45,414 nucleotides of DNA from a virus (taxonomy: Duplodnaviria; Caudoviricetes), in IMG/VR virus record IMGVR_UViG_3300030060_005342, positions 1 to 45,414 of that record; one strand, 5' to 3'. Within the stretch, counting starts at the first letter, position 1. Every line of letters starts with the position of its first letter. The position numbers and the translations under genes are program-made. Shown here in pieces: positions 33,206 through 43,114 of the stretch. Under the pieces are notes generated by a model that was given only the letters and a program-made list of their open reading frames with translations, was not told the DNA's origin and searched no databases.

Positions 33206-33700
33206 CTAACTATTAGTAAATAACGCTGTACCATCTGTATCCGCATCATCAGAATATACGCATCCAGAAACCATCCATTCATCAGCAGTTATCTTCACGA
33301 CTTCAATCCATGAACCTTTTTCACCGCCTGTGTCTGCTAAGTTTCCATCAAGTACAATCTCATAATCGTTTGCCGCCGCAAGAACTGCATGGCCAAAACC
33401 AGCTGTTGTAGATGCTAATATAACACCTCCAACAAAGTCGTCACCACCAGAATCTGCATCATCACCTGTTTTAATCGTATATGCATTATCGTTTGTTGTT
33501 TGCACTATAAATTTATATGTGCACCCAATGTCACAATTTGCATCTGTAGGTAATGTTACTACAACCGCTGAAGTAGAATTTAAAGCAAATATTTTACCGC
33601 TATCAGCCTGTGTTAGCGACATAGTTGCTGTTATTTCTTGAAAACCTCCAACGCTAGCGTCAAAACTTCCGCTACTGTTATTTAATACGTCACTTCTCAT
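33206..33700 (-). CDS. Putative capsid decoration/minor capsid protein
   Basis: Immediately after the MCP; LTxADSGK.F.L......VTLP motif; beta-rich. Confidence 0.6.
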   Translation of the reverse strand: MRSDVLNNSSGSFDASVGGFQEITATMSLTQADSGKIFALNSTSAVVVTLPTDANCDIGCTYKFIVQTTNDNAYTIKTGDDADSGGDDFVGGVILASTTAGFGHAVLAAANDYEIVLDGNLADTGGEKGSWIEVVKITADEWMVSGCVYSDDADTDGTALFTNS

Positions 33701-33719
33701 TTATAATCACCCCCCCTTA

Positions 33720-35138
33720 TTATAAGCCTTCAAAGCTATATAAAGCATGACTCTCAGGAACTGTAATTTCTAATCCAGCTTCTGTTAGAATCATATCTTT
33801 ACGTAAGTCTTCGTCCGCTTGTTGTACGTTAGTAATTATGTGAGTATCACGATTTATGCTATTACCGACCAATGGTCTGTAAGCAACATGATTCATGTCT
33901 GCTATAAGCATAAGTCCGCTAGCATATCCTCTAAACAATGGCTCTTTAATAATCGCCAATGAACCGTGAATAGTGTCTAGCTCCATGATTTTATGACCAA
34001 AAGCACTTTGTCTAGGTTCTAATTCAAAATTAGCTTGAACTCTATTAGAGGTTGTACTATTAAGTAAAAATCCTCCAGAGCCAACTTTATTTAAATAAGA
34101 AATTACTGGTAACCCAGCAAGACATAACTTTTGAGAGCTGCCACCACGTGCAGGGTCGAACATAACTTCAAGGTCATCAAGAAGCATATCATATGTTAAT
34201 TCACCAGTTGTGGTAGATTTAAAGTATGAACTTCCTCTTGAATATGAAAATGCAGATGCACCATCAGTTGGTGTAACTGTTCTCATAATATGACCAACAA
34301 GTCCATCAGTTAACTGATTTGAACCTGAACGTGCTCTTTGACTAAACAGCATTGCTCTTTCAATGTCAACTTTATGTTCTCTTAACTTCATGTTCCATAT
34401 TCGTTGCCATTCGTTTGCGTATCCTCGATACTTTGTTGCAATTGCAGTATTCGTCATTTCGGCCGCAGTTTTGAAGATTTGGGTATAACCATAATCATCA
34501 TCTAATTGACCGCTCCATACGTCAGGAGAACCTGACCCTTCCTCAAAAGAAGTACCAATTACCATACATTTAGCATTATCATCTAAAATGTCTGAATCAG
34601 TTGAACCTGAATCAGCAGGCAATGAAAGAACTTTACCAGTAAATGTAGTACTTGTACCAGCATCTACAGGAGCACTTTCAACCCTCACAATTACTTGTGA
34701 AACATCTATATCAGATATTGCTGCTGTTTTTGAATTGACTGCTAAAACCATACCCTTGCACAAGAAATCAACTGATGCTCCACCAGAGGAATCACCACCA
34801 GCTTGAGCATTGTCACAATCTACTGTGAAAGAATATGAACTTCCTACTGCTACAACAGCACTACTATTAACAGCTGCTGCTAGTAAGAATGTTCTATCAG
34901 TCCAATCGGTTTTACTTCTATCTTCGAGGAATCTAAATACAGAGTCATCTGTTGGAACTTTCGAGACTTTAGACAGATATACAAAAAACGGTGATTCTTC
35001 AGGTGTTAGTTCTGCAACCCTTTCACCGAAGTTATATAAACGTCTATTATCTGGTGTCGTACCATGGACAGAATCATGAGAATTATTAGCAGTTTGTGCA
35101 ACATTAGTTGTGTATAATGTTCCTTGATTTACTGACAT
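33720..35138 (-). CDS. Major capsid protein (SU10/DUF5309-like)
   Basis: PEESPFF..L, GYTQIFKT, EHKVDIERAMLF, KDMILTEAGLE....ESH; follows the scaffold. Confidence 0.9.
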   Translation of the reverse strand: MSVNQGTLYTTNVAQTANNSHDSVHGTTPDNRRLYNFGERVAELTPEESPFFVYLSKVSKVPTDDSVFRFLEDRSKTDWTDRTFLLAAAVNSSAVVAVGSSYSFTVDCDNAQAGGDSSGGASVDFLCKGMVLAVNSKTAAISDIDVSQVIVRVESAPVDAGTSTTFTGKVLSLPADSGSTDSDILDDNAKCMVIGTSFEEGSGSPDVWSGQLDDDYGYTQIFKTAAEMTNTAIATKYRGYANEWQRIWNMKLREHKVDIERAMLFSQRARSGSNQLTDGLVGHIMRTVTPTDGASAFSYSRGSSYFKSTTTGELTYDMLLDDLEVMFDPARGGSSQKLCLAGLPVISYLNKVGSGGFLLNSTTSNRVQANFELEPRQSAFGHKIMELDTIHGSLAIIKEPLFRGYASGLMLIADMNHVAYRPLVGNSINRDTHIITNVQQADEDLRKDMILTEAGLEITVPESHALYSFEGL

Positions 35139-35181
35139 TTTATTTTTCTCCTATTATCTGTTATTATTTAAAAACCTATCA

Positions 35182-35934
35182 CTAAGGGAGTTTACCGCCA
35201 GAAAAGTTTGAACCTTTTATAGCATCCCATAGTGAGTCATCATCACTATTTGCTTCGATAGGTTGTCCCTGCAATATGCCGCCAGTTGCTGGTGTATTTT
35301 GAACATTCTTAACCACATCAAGTGGACTAGGAAATTCATTATACGCATTTGGCTCTTGCTCTTGAGGTGCAACCTCAGCACCGTTAACAGTCGTGTTCCA
35401 CATATTAATAACAGCATCTAAACCATAGTCAGCTGGATTCTTCGAGGCAAATTCCATAAAAGATGAAATCTGCTCTTGATTCATGCCACGCTGCTGTAAT
35501 TGGTTTTGTAATTGAACAGCTCCTTGATTTCTTTCAATCTTTGAAGTTGCTTGTCTTACAGCTCCATTAATACTGTCTTGCATTTCCTGTTGACGATACC
35601 TATACGAATCAGACTTTGGGTCATTGTAGGCTTCCCATGGGTCGAAGTCTTTTGGTTTTTCAACACGTACAGGACCAGTTCTAGTTGGTTGACCACCACC
35701 TTTAATGACATTTGCAACAGCTTGTGCTGCGTCAGGTCGTGATTCCAAAAACTTTCCTATCTTTTCATACTTCTTTAGTTTAGCATTTTCCTGGTGCAGT
35801 TTATCCTTCTCAGACTGAAAATATTTTGCTTGTGATTCCCAGTTCTCCGAAGAACCCTCTCCAGAACTCCCTTTGTCTTGCCCTTCTGTGGTTTGACCTC
35901 TTCCGAGATTTCCACTATTATCTAAGTTACTCAT
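35182..35934 (-). CDS. Capsid scaffolding protein
   Basis: Between portal and MCP; acidic coiled coil; KYFQSEKDK and FDPWEAY.DP.S.SY. Confidence 0.75.
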   Translation of the reverse strand: MSNLDNSGNLGRGQTTEGQDKGSSGEGSSENWESQAKYFQSEKDKLHQENAKLKKYEKIGKFLESRPDAAQAVANVIKGGGQPTRTGPVRVEKPKDFDPWEAYNDPKSDSYRYRQQEMQDSINGAVRQATSKIERNQGAVQLQNQLQQRGMNQEQISSFMEFASKNPADYGLDAVINMWNTTVNGAEVAPQEQEPNAYNEFPSPLDVVKNVQNTPATGGILQGQPIEANSDDDSLWDAIKGSNFSGGKLP

Positions 35935-35955
35935 GTTTTCTCCTTTGCAATTCCT

Positions 35956-37977
35956 CTACTTTTTCTGAGTCTCACTACGAACTTTGTCTTTTGTCTCCAT
36001 TCGTAATTTCTCTTGTTCGAGGTTAACTGCGTCTTTTAACCTATCTATTGATAATTTTTGATTATAATTATTTACAAGCTCAGTCTCTTTAACTTGAGTT
36101 TTAAATTTCTCAACTTCAGTACGTTTTCTAGCTTGTATAGATTCTCTATGTGCAGTTTGAAGGTCACCAGAAAGTTTCTTAATTTGTTTCTGAGCACCTT
36201 GCAGCTGCTGTTGTAATTTAAGTATAATATCAGTTCTTTGCAATACTCCTTCCTTATCAAATATTTCTGTTTTCTTTAATGCTTCAGTTTTATCAATTAA
36301 TCCAGCTTGATAAGCTTCCATATAAATATTCCATTCACCCCATTTATTTGATGGCATTGTAGAGTTTCCAATTACTCTAATATCAAAATGCCCTACAGCC
36401 AAATCATTTTCTATAGACATTAATTCATTTGTATAGTCATCATACAATCTTTTGTTAACTGTAAATTCATTAACATCATTATTAGGCTGCACAATTCTAA
36501 ATGTTTTTTGAAAATTGTAATGAGATTTTGATAAATTATAAACAACTCTTCCAACTCTTTTAAGAGAACCTTCAATGTCTCTTAATTTAGATTTAGAACG
36601 CCTTTGTCCAAAATCTTCCATCATCATAGTAGCTGAAGATGTTTTAGGAGCAGCTTCTGTGTTTCCTTGCATCATTTCAAATATACCCATGTTCAAGTCA
36701 ATATACTTTTCAATTAATTGTGGAAGCTGCATAATTGAACTTGACAATGGCTGTGGAGAAGGAAAATGTGGTTCCCCAAAAGAAGCATCATATTCTAGTG
36801 TAGCATTTGGGTTTGCCCAATCTCTTTCAAGCTCCTCAATATCTTGGACACTACCCTGAGGTATTAATAGTTTGAGGCCAGCCGAGGCTTGTGCGTGTGT
36901 TGTGATTAAAGATACAACTTTATTGAGGAACCTTTGAAAATCTTTATTTTTTCTTACATCACTCATTGGATATGGAGTGTTTGTCCATATATTTGGAACA
37001 GGAACTATAGGATATACATCTGTTTCTAAAATTCTTTCATATAAAACAATTTGCCCTAAGCTGCATGTTAATTTTATTCTTGTTTGCAATACTTCAGCAT
37101 AATCAATTAAACCATCTTTTATAGCTTTTTGTATTTCCTTTTTATCCATAAATGCTTGAAACCTATCTTTATCAAGTATTTTTTCATCACCACTTTGCAT
37201 GTTTAGCACTCTGTAATAAGGAATTTTTACTTTAGAAAAATATTCAATTAATCTATATTTTTCATTTTCTCCATAATCTTTATCTTTAATTTCATCAGGA
37301 GTAAACGATGCCATGGTTCTTTTATTTGTAGCAGAAGGATAATCTTCATCACTGTAATCAGTTTCAATAGAATCAATTACAGGCTTACTGCTTCCCTCTT
37401 CAATAGGTTCTTTTAGCTGTGGATATAAATCAATAACTTGAGATTTTGTAAATATTGTAGAAACCATCATTCCCGCAGCATCATCATAATATCTGTTTCT
37501 AGCATTTGGGTCTATGCAAACCCTAAATGGATTTATACTTGTAAACTTAACTTCGCCTCTACCGTAATCTGCTTCTTTATCTACGTAAGCATAAAAATAT
37601 CCAAGGCCAGTTACAGCATAATCATGTATAGCTTGTTTAAAATGTTCATCTCCATCAGATATATCCCATATATATTCTAATATAGTTTTCCAAGCTTTTG
37701 CAACTTTATTGTCAGAATCTTCTCTGCCAACTACTGAAAACTTAGGAGGCTTAGATGTTGTAATTGCTTTAAATTGCTCAACAGCTGAATAAAGCCTGTC
37801 AACTGGAATAGGGCTTTGATTTCTTTCTGAAAGAATATCCATTTCTTCAGAACTAAAGTGATTTCCTAGATAAAAATCTATATCTTCACGAGCAGCATCA
37901 TCCCAATCTTTTCGTGCATCAGACCAACGTCTATGGAGTTCTTTTATTTCCTTAGCTCTTTTATCTTCAGGAATCAT
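35956..37977 (-). CDS. Portal protein (P22-like)
   Basis: 673 aa after TerL; DFYLGNHF, TGLGY, YPIVP, C-terminal coiled-coil barrel. Confidence 0.9.
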   Translation of the reverse strand: MIPEDKRAKEIKELHRRWSDARKDWDDAAREDIDFYLGNHFSSEEMDILSERNQSPIPVDRLYSAVEQFKAITTSKPPKFSVVGREDSDNKVAKAWKTILEYIWDISDGDEHFKQAIHDYAVTGLGYFYAYVDKEADYGRGEVKFTSINPFRVCIDPNARNRYYDDAAGMMVSTIFTKSQVIDLYPQLKEPIEEGSSKPVIDSIETDYSDEDYPSATNKRTMASFTPDEIKDKDYGENEKYRLIEYFSKVKIPYYRVLNMQSGDEKILDKDRFQAFMDKKEIQKAIKDGLIDYAEVLQTRIKLTCSLGQIVLYERILETDVYPIVPVPNIWTNTPYPMSDVRKNKDFQRFLNKVVSLITTHAQASAGLKLLIPQGSVQDIEELERDWANPNATLEYDASFGEPHFPSPQPLSSSIMQLPQLIEKYIDLNMGIFEMMQGNTEAAPKTSSATMMMEDFGQRRSKSKLRDIEGSLKRVGRVVYNLSKSHYNFQKTFRIVQPNNDVNEFTVNKRLYDDYTNELMSIENDLAVGHFDIRVIGNSTMPSNKWGEWNIYMEAYQAGLIDKTEALKKTEIFDKEGVLQRTDIILKLQQQLQGAQKQIKKLSGDLQTAHRESIQARKRTEVEKFKTQVKETELVNNYNQKLSIDRLKDAVNLEQEKLRMETKDKVRSETQKK

Positions 37978-37994
37978 ATCTCATAATATAATAA

Positions 37995-39581
37995 TTATAT
38001 ATATTTATTAACAACATCTTTTATTCTTGCTCCTGTTATCCAATTATATTTTTTTTTAGTTTTAACATATTTCCCATCTTTTTTTAATTTTAATTTTTTT
38101 CCAGCTTTAGAGTTTCCTTTTGCAAATTGAGTTGCTAACCAAAACGCATCAACAGTGTCATCATGAGAACCTTTTGGAAAATCTAATAACTCACCTATAA
38201 GTTCGTGGTGAGATTTTTTTAAATGAACTGCACCTGCTTTAAACATTGGTTGCAAACCTTCCCATAGCCTATCTTTTTTCTTTTGGTTTCCATATCCTTT
38301 AATACCTTGTTGTATTCCAGGTAAAAACTTTCCTTCTTTTTTACTTCTTTTCATTACATAGTCTCTTAACATTTCTTGATATGCAATTGTTTCAATGTTA
38401 ATTCTTTTTATCGGTCTGTATCTTTCTGCAATCTCAAAGATTTTATCAGCACAATCCATCGGTAAAACTCTGTCCCTCCAATATTCAATAACATAATAAT
38501 CGTATTCAGCAGTAACACCGATAACCATAATAACAGAATAGTCGTTCCTAACACCAAGTGTTGAAGCAGGGTCAACACCGATGTAAATATTAACAAACTC
38601 TTGTCTACCATCGTCAAGCTTAATAAACCATGAATCAGCTGCCTCATCAAATCGTATTCCCCCTTTATACATTGCTTCATTGATATCGTCTTCATGAAAT
38701 ATTTGGTCTTCAGGAGATTTTGCCTGATTCATATACTCTTGATAAAATTTAGACGGTGTACCTGAGTCAATGTAGAATTGTTTTCTTTCTTCTAATTTTT
38801 TAAGTGGCCATCTTGAAGGCCATATAGGCTGACCGTCTTCTATAGCTTTTCTAGTAAACACTTCCCAGCTATGTTCTTCTCCGCTTTTTAAAGCTTCATC
38901 GTGAGATTTTAACAACCCATTTAAAAAACTATCATAATGCACTACCGTTCCATTACACCACAAAAATCCATTTTTATCAAAATCAATAGCTGGATAAACT
39001 GCAGCAGTAACCCATTCTTTAATTTGTCTACGAGCATCAGGAGTCTTTGTATTTAACTCAGATTCAAAATCATCAAGTATAATACCAGTATAACGAGTAG
39101 ATAATTGTTTTTTACCACGAAGTCTTTGCGATGTACCTTTAGCAATCATACGACAATTGTTTCTTAAAACTATTTCTGTTTTTGTCCATTTATCACCTTG
39201 CAAATCTCCAAAATAATAATGTATTGCAGGGTTTGCATATATATGATTTGCTATCCAATTTAAATTATCAGTTGCCTGGTCTTGAGCTTCTCCTACCCAA
39301 GCAATAAACTCAGGATTATCTTTATCTGCAAATAAAAATCTATGCAATACTGCTGATGCAGCTAAAGTTGATTTTGCATGGTCACGAGGTAAAACAAGAG
39401 CTAATTGTTGAACATTTTTATTGATAAGTAATTTACCAACATCATAATGAAAACTTGGACTTTGAGATGCTAAAAAATCTTGTGGTGAAAATAGTTTTCC
39501 AAAGGCAATAAGGTCATTAAAGGCCATTTGCAAAACTTCTTCGTTTTTTGAAACATTACCGTTTAAATTTAAATTAGACAA
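37995..39581 (-). CDS. terL: Terminase large subunit
   Basis: Walker A-like PRDHAKST, Walker B IILDDFE, FYQEYMN, nuclease GVDPA...HDDTVDA. Confidence 0.95.
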   Translation of the reverse strand: MSNLNLNGNVSKNEEVLQMAFNDLIAFGKLFSPQDFLASQSPSFHYDVGKLLINKNVQQLALVLPRDHAKSTLAASAVLHRFLFADKDNPEFIAWVGEAQDQATDNLNWIANHIYANPAIHYYFGDLQGDKWTKTEIVLRNNCRMIAKGTSQRLRGKKQLSTRYTGIILDDFESELNTKTPDARRQIKEWVTAAVYPAIDFDKNGFLWCNGTVVHYDSFLNGLLKSHDEALKSGEEHSWEVFTRKAIEDGQPIWPSRWPLKKLEERKQFYIDSGTPSKFYQEYMNQAKSPEDQIFHEDDINEAMYKGGIRFDEAADSWFIKLDDGRQEFVNIYIGVDPASTLGVRNDYSVIMVIGVTAEYDYYVIEYWRDRVLPMDCADKIFEIAERYRPIKRINIETIAYQEMLRDYVMKRSKKEGKFLPGIQQGIKGYGNQKKKDRLWEGLQPMFKAGAVHLKKSHHELIGELLDFPKGSHDDTVDAFWLATQFAKGNSKAGKKLKLKKDGKYVKTKKKYNWITGARIKDVVNKYI

Positions 39582-40206
39582 GTTTATTCATTTGATTATT
39601 TTTAGGATTAGGCACACCTATTGGTGTAGATTTTTTAGGCCTGTATTTGTTTTCATTAACAGCAAGTTTAGCCTCGTTAGGATTTAATCCCAAATTTTGA
39701 GTTGGTTTAACAGATGGAATAGTTTTATTTGGAACCGTTTTCCCGCCTGGAGTATTATTAGGACTCATATTAAACGCTGGATATTTAGGTTTGGCAACTC
39801 CTCCTGTGTTAAAACCTTGAACCATAGGATTTGGCTTTGGAACATTTGCCTTTACTTCTGGAACATTTGGCTGTTGCTGTGATGTTATGTTGTTAATAAT
39901 ATTATTAATGCTTCCGTTTGAAACCATTTCAGCCATAATTTGTTTTATTTCTCTAAATTGAGACATTTCATCACTTGTAATTGAATCACTTGTCACCCCG
40001 TCTTTTATTGGCATTAACTGTAAAATTGAAGCTGCTTCGTATTTACTTATTCCAGTTTTTTTAACCAAATCCTTTACCTTGTTTATTGGTATAAATGTTT
40101 CACTCTCTGTAATTGCTTTGTCAATTTGCTCATGTGCATTATTCTTGTTAGTAGTTTCCACCTTTCCTCCTTCGTTATATCTTTCCCAATTTAAATTCCA
40201 TCTCAT
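39574..40206 (-). CDS. Hypothetical late protein with two GG tags
   Basis: YNEGGKV and FNTGGVA; Pro/Asn-rich C-half. Confidence 0.7.
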   Translation of the reverse strand: MRWNLNWERYNEGGKVETTNKNNAHEQIDKAITESETFIPINKVKDLVKKTGISKYEAASILQLMPIKDGVTSDSITSDEMSQFREIKQIMAEMVSNGSINNIINNITSQQQPNVPEVKANVPKPNPMVQGFNTGGVAKPKYPAFNMSPNNTPGGKTVPNKTIPSVKPTQNLGLNPNEAKLAVNENKYRPKKSTPIGVPNPKNNQMNKLV

Positions 40207-40209
40207 AAT

Positions 40210-42003
40210 TTAATCCTTTTTGTATAAAAAACTAGCACCTGAATTTGTTCTTATGCTGTCAAGTTTTTCATTAGTAATATATTCTCTGTCACCAGGCATA
40301 ATAGTTGTTGTTACATTTTTATATTGTGTTTCCCCGTCAAAATTTTTTCCAGATTGAACTTGAATTTGTTCTGCAGAAGGCCTTTCTTCCCCATATTCAA
40401 ATTTTATAAGTTTGGCAAGCTCTTGAACACCACTTGGAAACGGTGCAATTCCAAAAGGAGTATTTGTTGCATCTGTAAACAGGTTTGCAGCTGAAAATAA
40501 AGACCCCTCTTCAAATCCTTCCCCAATTGCATCTGAAAGAAAATTACCTACAAAATTATCTCCAAGTGCGGTTCCAGCTTTTTCTATAAGGTCAGGAGCT
40601 GTGCTAAGATTAATTGCCTCATTTAATACTTGTGCTTTTAATAGCCTTGCTAATATTGGTTGCTTAACACCGTCTTTCATGCTAAGCGGATTAAGGTTTG
40701 GCATTTTGCCTTTGCCCTGAAAAGCAAATTTGTATTGTGCTGGGTCGATTTGTCTCCTAATCCAGCTTTCAGCATACTTACCAGCTTCTCTTGTTGTTCC
40801 TTGAAATCCTGTTTTTGCTCTCTCAAAAAACGTCATGTCTTTAGTTGTTTTGTATTTTAAATCTTTAACAGGGTTTCTTAACATGTCAATATAATCATCA
40901 TTTTTAGAGCTCCAAAAATGTTTTCTAAATGTATTTATTAAGTCTTTATTGGCACCTGTTCTTTTAATTAAATTGTCCATTTGAATGTGCGACATGTTTC
41001 TCATACCTAATTGAGAAAGTTGTTCAATAGATAGTTTTGAAGCATCGTCTGCACTCATGCCTATTGTTTTTAAAAATGTTTTATCGTTTACAAGTTTATT
41101 GACATAACCTTTTTGAACATTTGGAAGACCTTTGTCTAAATCTTTAACCTTTTCAAATTTAGTTTTATTTTTAACAATTGTTGAAGATATATCTTTTGTT
41201 TTTACACCAAGACCTTTTGGGTCTATATTTTTAGAAAGTTTATATTTTCTTGGGTTTACATATTGGTTAAAATCATTTATAAATTTACCTAAAAAGTTTT
41301 GACCTGCTTTAGTTTTGCTAAGGCCTTTTATAATTGATTTACCACCAAGTCCAAAAAACATTTCGTTAGTAATCAAGCGTTCATCAAACAAAGCTTGGCT
41401 TATTACCTTAGCCTCTGCATCATTTAAATCGTCAATTCCAACTGAGTTCCATTTTTCATAAACAGCAAATGCATCTTCAAGACTATATCCTTCGTTTTCA
41501 ACTAAGTTCCCTACTATAGTTTGCTCTCTTTCTTTAATTTGAGATGGAGTATTAAAGTTTTCAAATTGTTCTCTAAATTTTGCACCTTCTTCACTAAAAG
41601 CAAGGGCAGAAACTGCAGGAAAATCATTAAAAAATTCAGTCCTACTATTGTAGCCTGCTCCATTTCTACCAACAAGATTATCCCAAAGAGCATTAGATAA
41701 ATCTTTTTCTGCAAGGTCGCTTGCAAAGTTAGCAGCCCAATCCGCTGTTTTTCCTACTCCCCCAGCTATGTTTTCAAGCATATCTGCAACAATAGACTCA
41801 TCTTCAAAAACAGGATTAAGCACCATTTCACCAAAAGACCCTTCAATATATTTAGGTGGCGGTATTGCACCAAACTGACCCTGCACCCCAAGGTAATCTG
41901 AGTCAACAGGTTTTTCAAAAGTTAAAGCAACATTATCTGAATCAAAGGCATCGTAATCAAGCAGTTCGTCAAAATTAATTTCATGTTTTTTTTGTTCAGA
42001 CAT
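40210..42003 (-). CDS. Large hypothetical protein
   Basis: 597-aa uninterrupted ORF in the late operon; acidic-basic-acidic layout; no motif recognised. Confidence 0.75.
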   Translation of the reverse strand: MSEQKKHEINFDELLDYDAFDSDNVALTFEKPVDSDYLGVQGQFGAIPPPKYIEGSFGEMVLNPVFEDESIVADMLENIAGGVGKTADWAANFASDLAEKDLSNALWDNLVGRNGAGYNSRTEFFNDFPAVSALAFSEEGAKFREQFENFNTPSQIKEREQTIVGNLVENEGYSLEDAFAVYEKWNSVGIDDLNDAEAKVISQALFDERLITNEMFFGLGGKSIIKGLSKTKAGQNFLGKFINDFNQYVNPRKYKLSKNIDPKGLGVKTKDISSTIVKNKTKFEKVKDLDKGLPNVQKGYVNKLVNDKTFLKTIGMSADDASKLSIEQLSQLGMRNMSHIQMDNLIKRTGANKDLINTFRKHFWSSKNDDYIDMLRNPVKDLKYKTTKDMTFFERAKTGFQGTTREAGKYAESWIRRQIDPAQYKFAFQGKGKMPNLNPLSMKDGVKQPILARLLKAQVLNEAINLSTAPDLIEKAGTALGDNFVGNFLSDAIGEGFEEGSLFSAANLFTDATNTPFGIAPFPSGVQELAKLIKFEYGEERPSAEQIQVQSGKNFDGETQYKNVTTTIMPGDREYITNEKLDSIRTNSGASFLYKKD

Positions 42004-42006
42004 CTA

Positions 42007-42399
42007 TTAATCCCTTATCTCGAAATGAGGAAAATCGTCAAAACGATTATCCATTACTTGAAAATCCATATCCCAATCTCCACCCCATCTTAAGGTGATA
42101 CCCATACTACGAGCAATCCCCAATACAAAGCCAGCAAAAAGAGTTTGTCGCTCACGGTCATCCCAGTCCACTGGGTAAGGTGTAACATCAACAGCCCTGC
42201 TAGGACTACTATTATGCCTCCCGTTAGGGAATTTAACTTTAGTTTTACCTTCATCAAAAAGTTTATTCTGCCTTTCTCCATCTCTATGGCCCTCCAAAAC
42301 ACTGCAATCAACATATTTAATTACTTCATTAAACACTTTTTGCAACCTTTCATCACATGTTGCAAGTCTTGCTTTAGAACTTTTTCCAAATCTTGGCAT
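42007..42399 (-). CDS. Endolysin, peptidase M15 family (T5-like L-Ala-D-Glu peptidase)
   Basis: EGHR...RQ..L, RHN....AVD, LRWGGDW, DFPHFE Zn-peptidase motifs. Confidence 0.9.
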   Translation of the reverse strand: MPRFGKSSKARLATCDERLQKVFNEVIKYVDCSVLEGHRDGERQNKLFDEGKTKVKFPNGRHNSSPSRAVDVTPYPVDWDDRERQTLFAGFVLGIARSMGITLRWGGDWDMDFQVMDNRFDDFPHFEIRD

Positions 42400-42881
42400 T
42401 ATTTTTTACTCCTTGCGTCTGTTGTTGGGAAATTAAAAAAATTATTACTTGAAACTTTACCACCATCTTTCATCATTTTTATATGCTTGTCAATTCTTTT
42501 AGATTGGCCTTTGTGCATTTTAGATGCTTTTAATAATTCTTTAACTATTACTTTTAAATCTTTTTTAGTGCCTTCAACCACGCCACCATCTTTCATCATT
42601 CTTTTGGGTTTCTTTTTAGGTTTTTTATCTTCTAAATCTTTAAGAATTTGTTTAAAATTTTTCTTATGTTTTTTTGATTTTTTAAGACCTAAAAAGTCTA
42701 CATGGTCACGTGCTCCTGTTCCAATTACTCCACCATCTTTATATCCAATTTTACCACCGTCTTTTACATTAAGTGTCTCAGGATAATCTTTATCTCCAGG
42801 CTTTGCTTTAGACTCGCCTGAACCTGATTTAATTCTTGCACGTTTTGCATGAATATTGTCCCATAAACCTCTCTTACCCAT
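42399..42881 (-). CDS. Basic modular protein with four KDGG tags
   Basis: GLWDNIHAKRARIKSGSGE and KELLKASKMHKGQ modules separated by KDGGxV/I. Confidence 0.75.
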   Translation of the reverse strand: MGKRGLWDNIHAKRARIKSGSGESKAKPGDKDYPETLNVKDGGKIGYKDGGVIGTGARDHVDFLGLKKSKKHKKNFKQILKDLEDKKPKKKPKRMMKDGGVVEGTKKDLKVIVKELLKASKMHKGQSKRIDKHIKMMKDGGKVSSNNFFNFPTTDARSKK

Positions 42882-43114
42882 TAAGCTTCTCCTCTAATTT
42901 CTTCATCAGAAAACAACACAACAACCTGGTTTTCTAAATCAAATTCTGTTTTACATTTATAGCAAAGCCAGCCAACAACTCTGTCTCTGCTGTCAATAAT
43001 ACCAATTCTTTTACTTCTAACGTCGTTCAAATGAAGGTCGTAATTGCATACTGGGCAAGGGTCTTTAGCCTTCTTTTTCGGCGTGTCCGATAAGCTCTGT
43101 TTTAGTATGTCCAT
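42881..43114 (-). CDS. Small Zn-ribbon protein
   Basis: CPVC...CYKC. Confidence 0.7.
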   Translation of the reverse strand: MDILKQSLSDTPKKKAKDPCPVCNYDLHLNDVRSKRIGIIDSRDRVVGWLCYKCKTEFDLENQVVVLFSDEEIRGEA

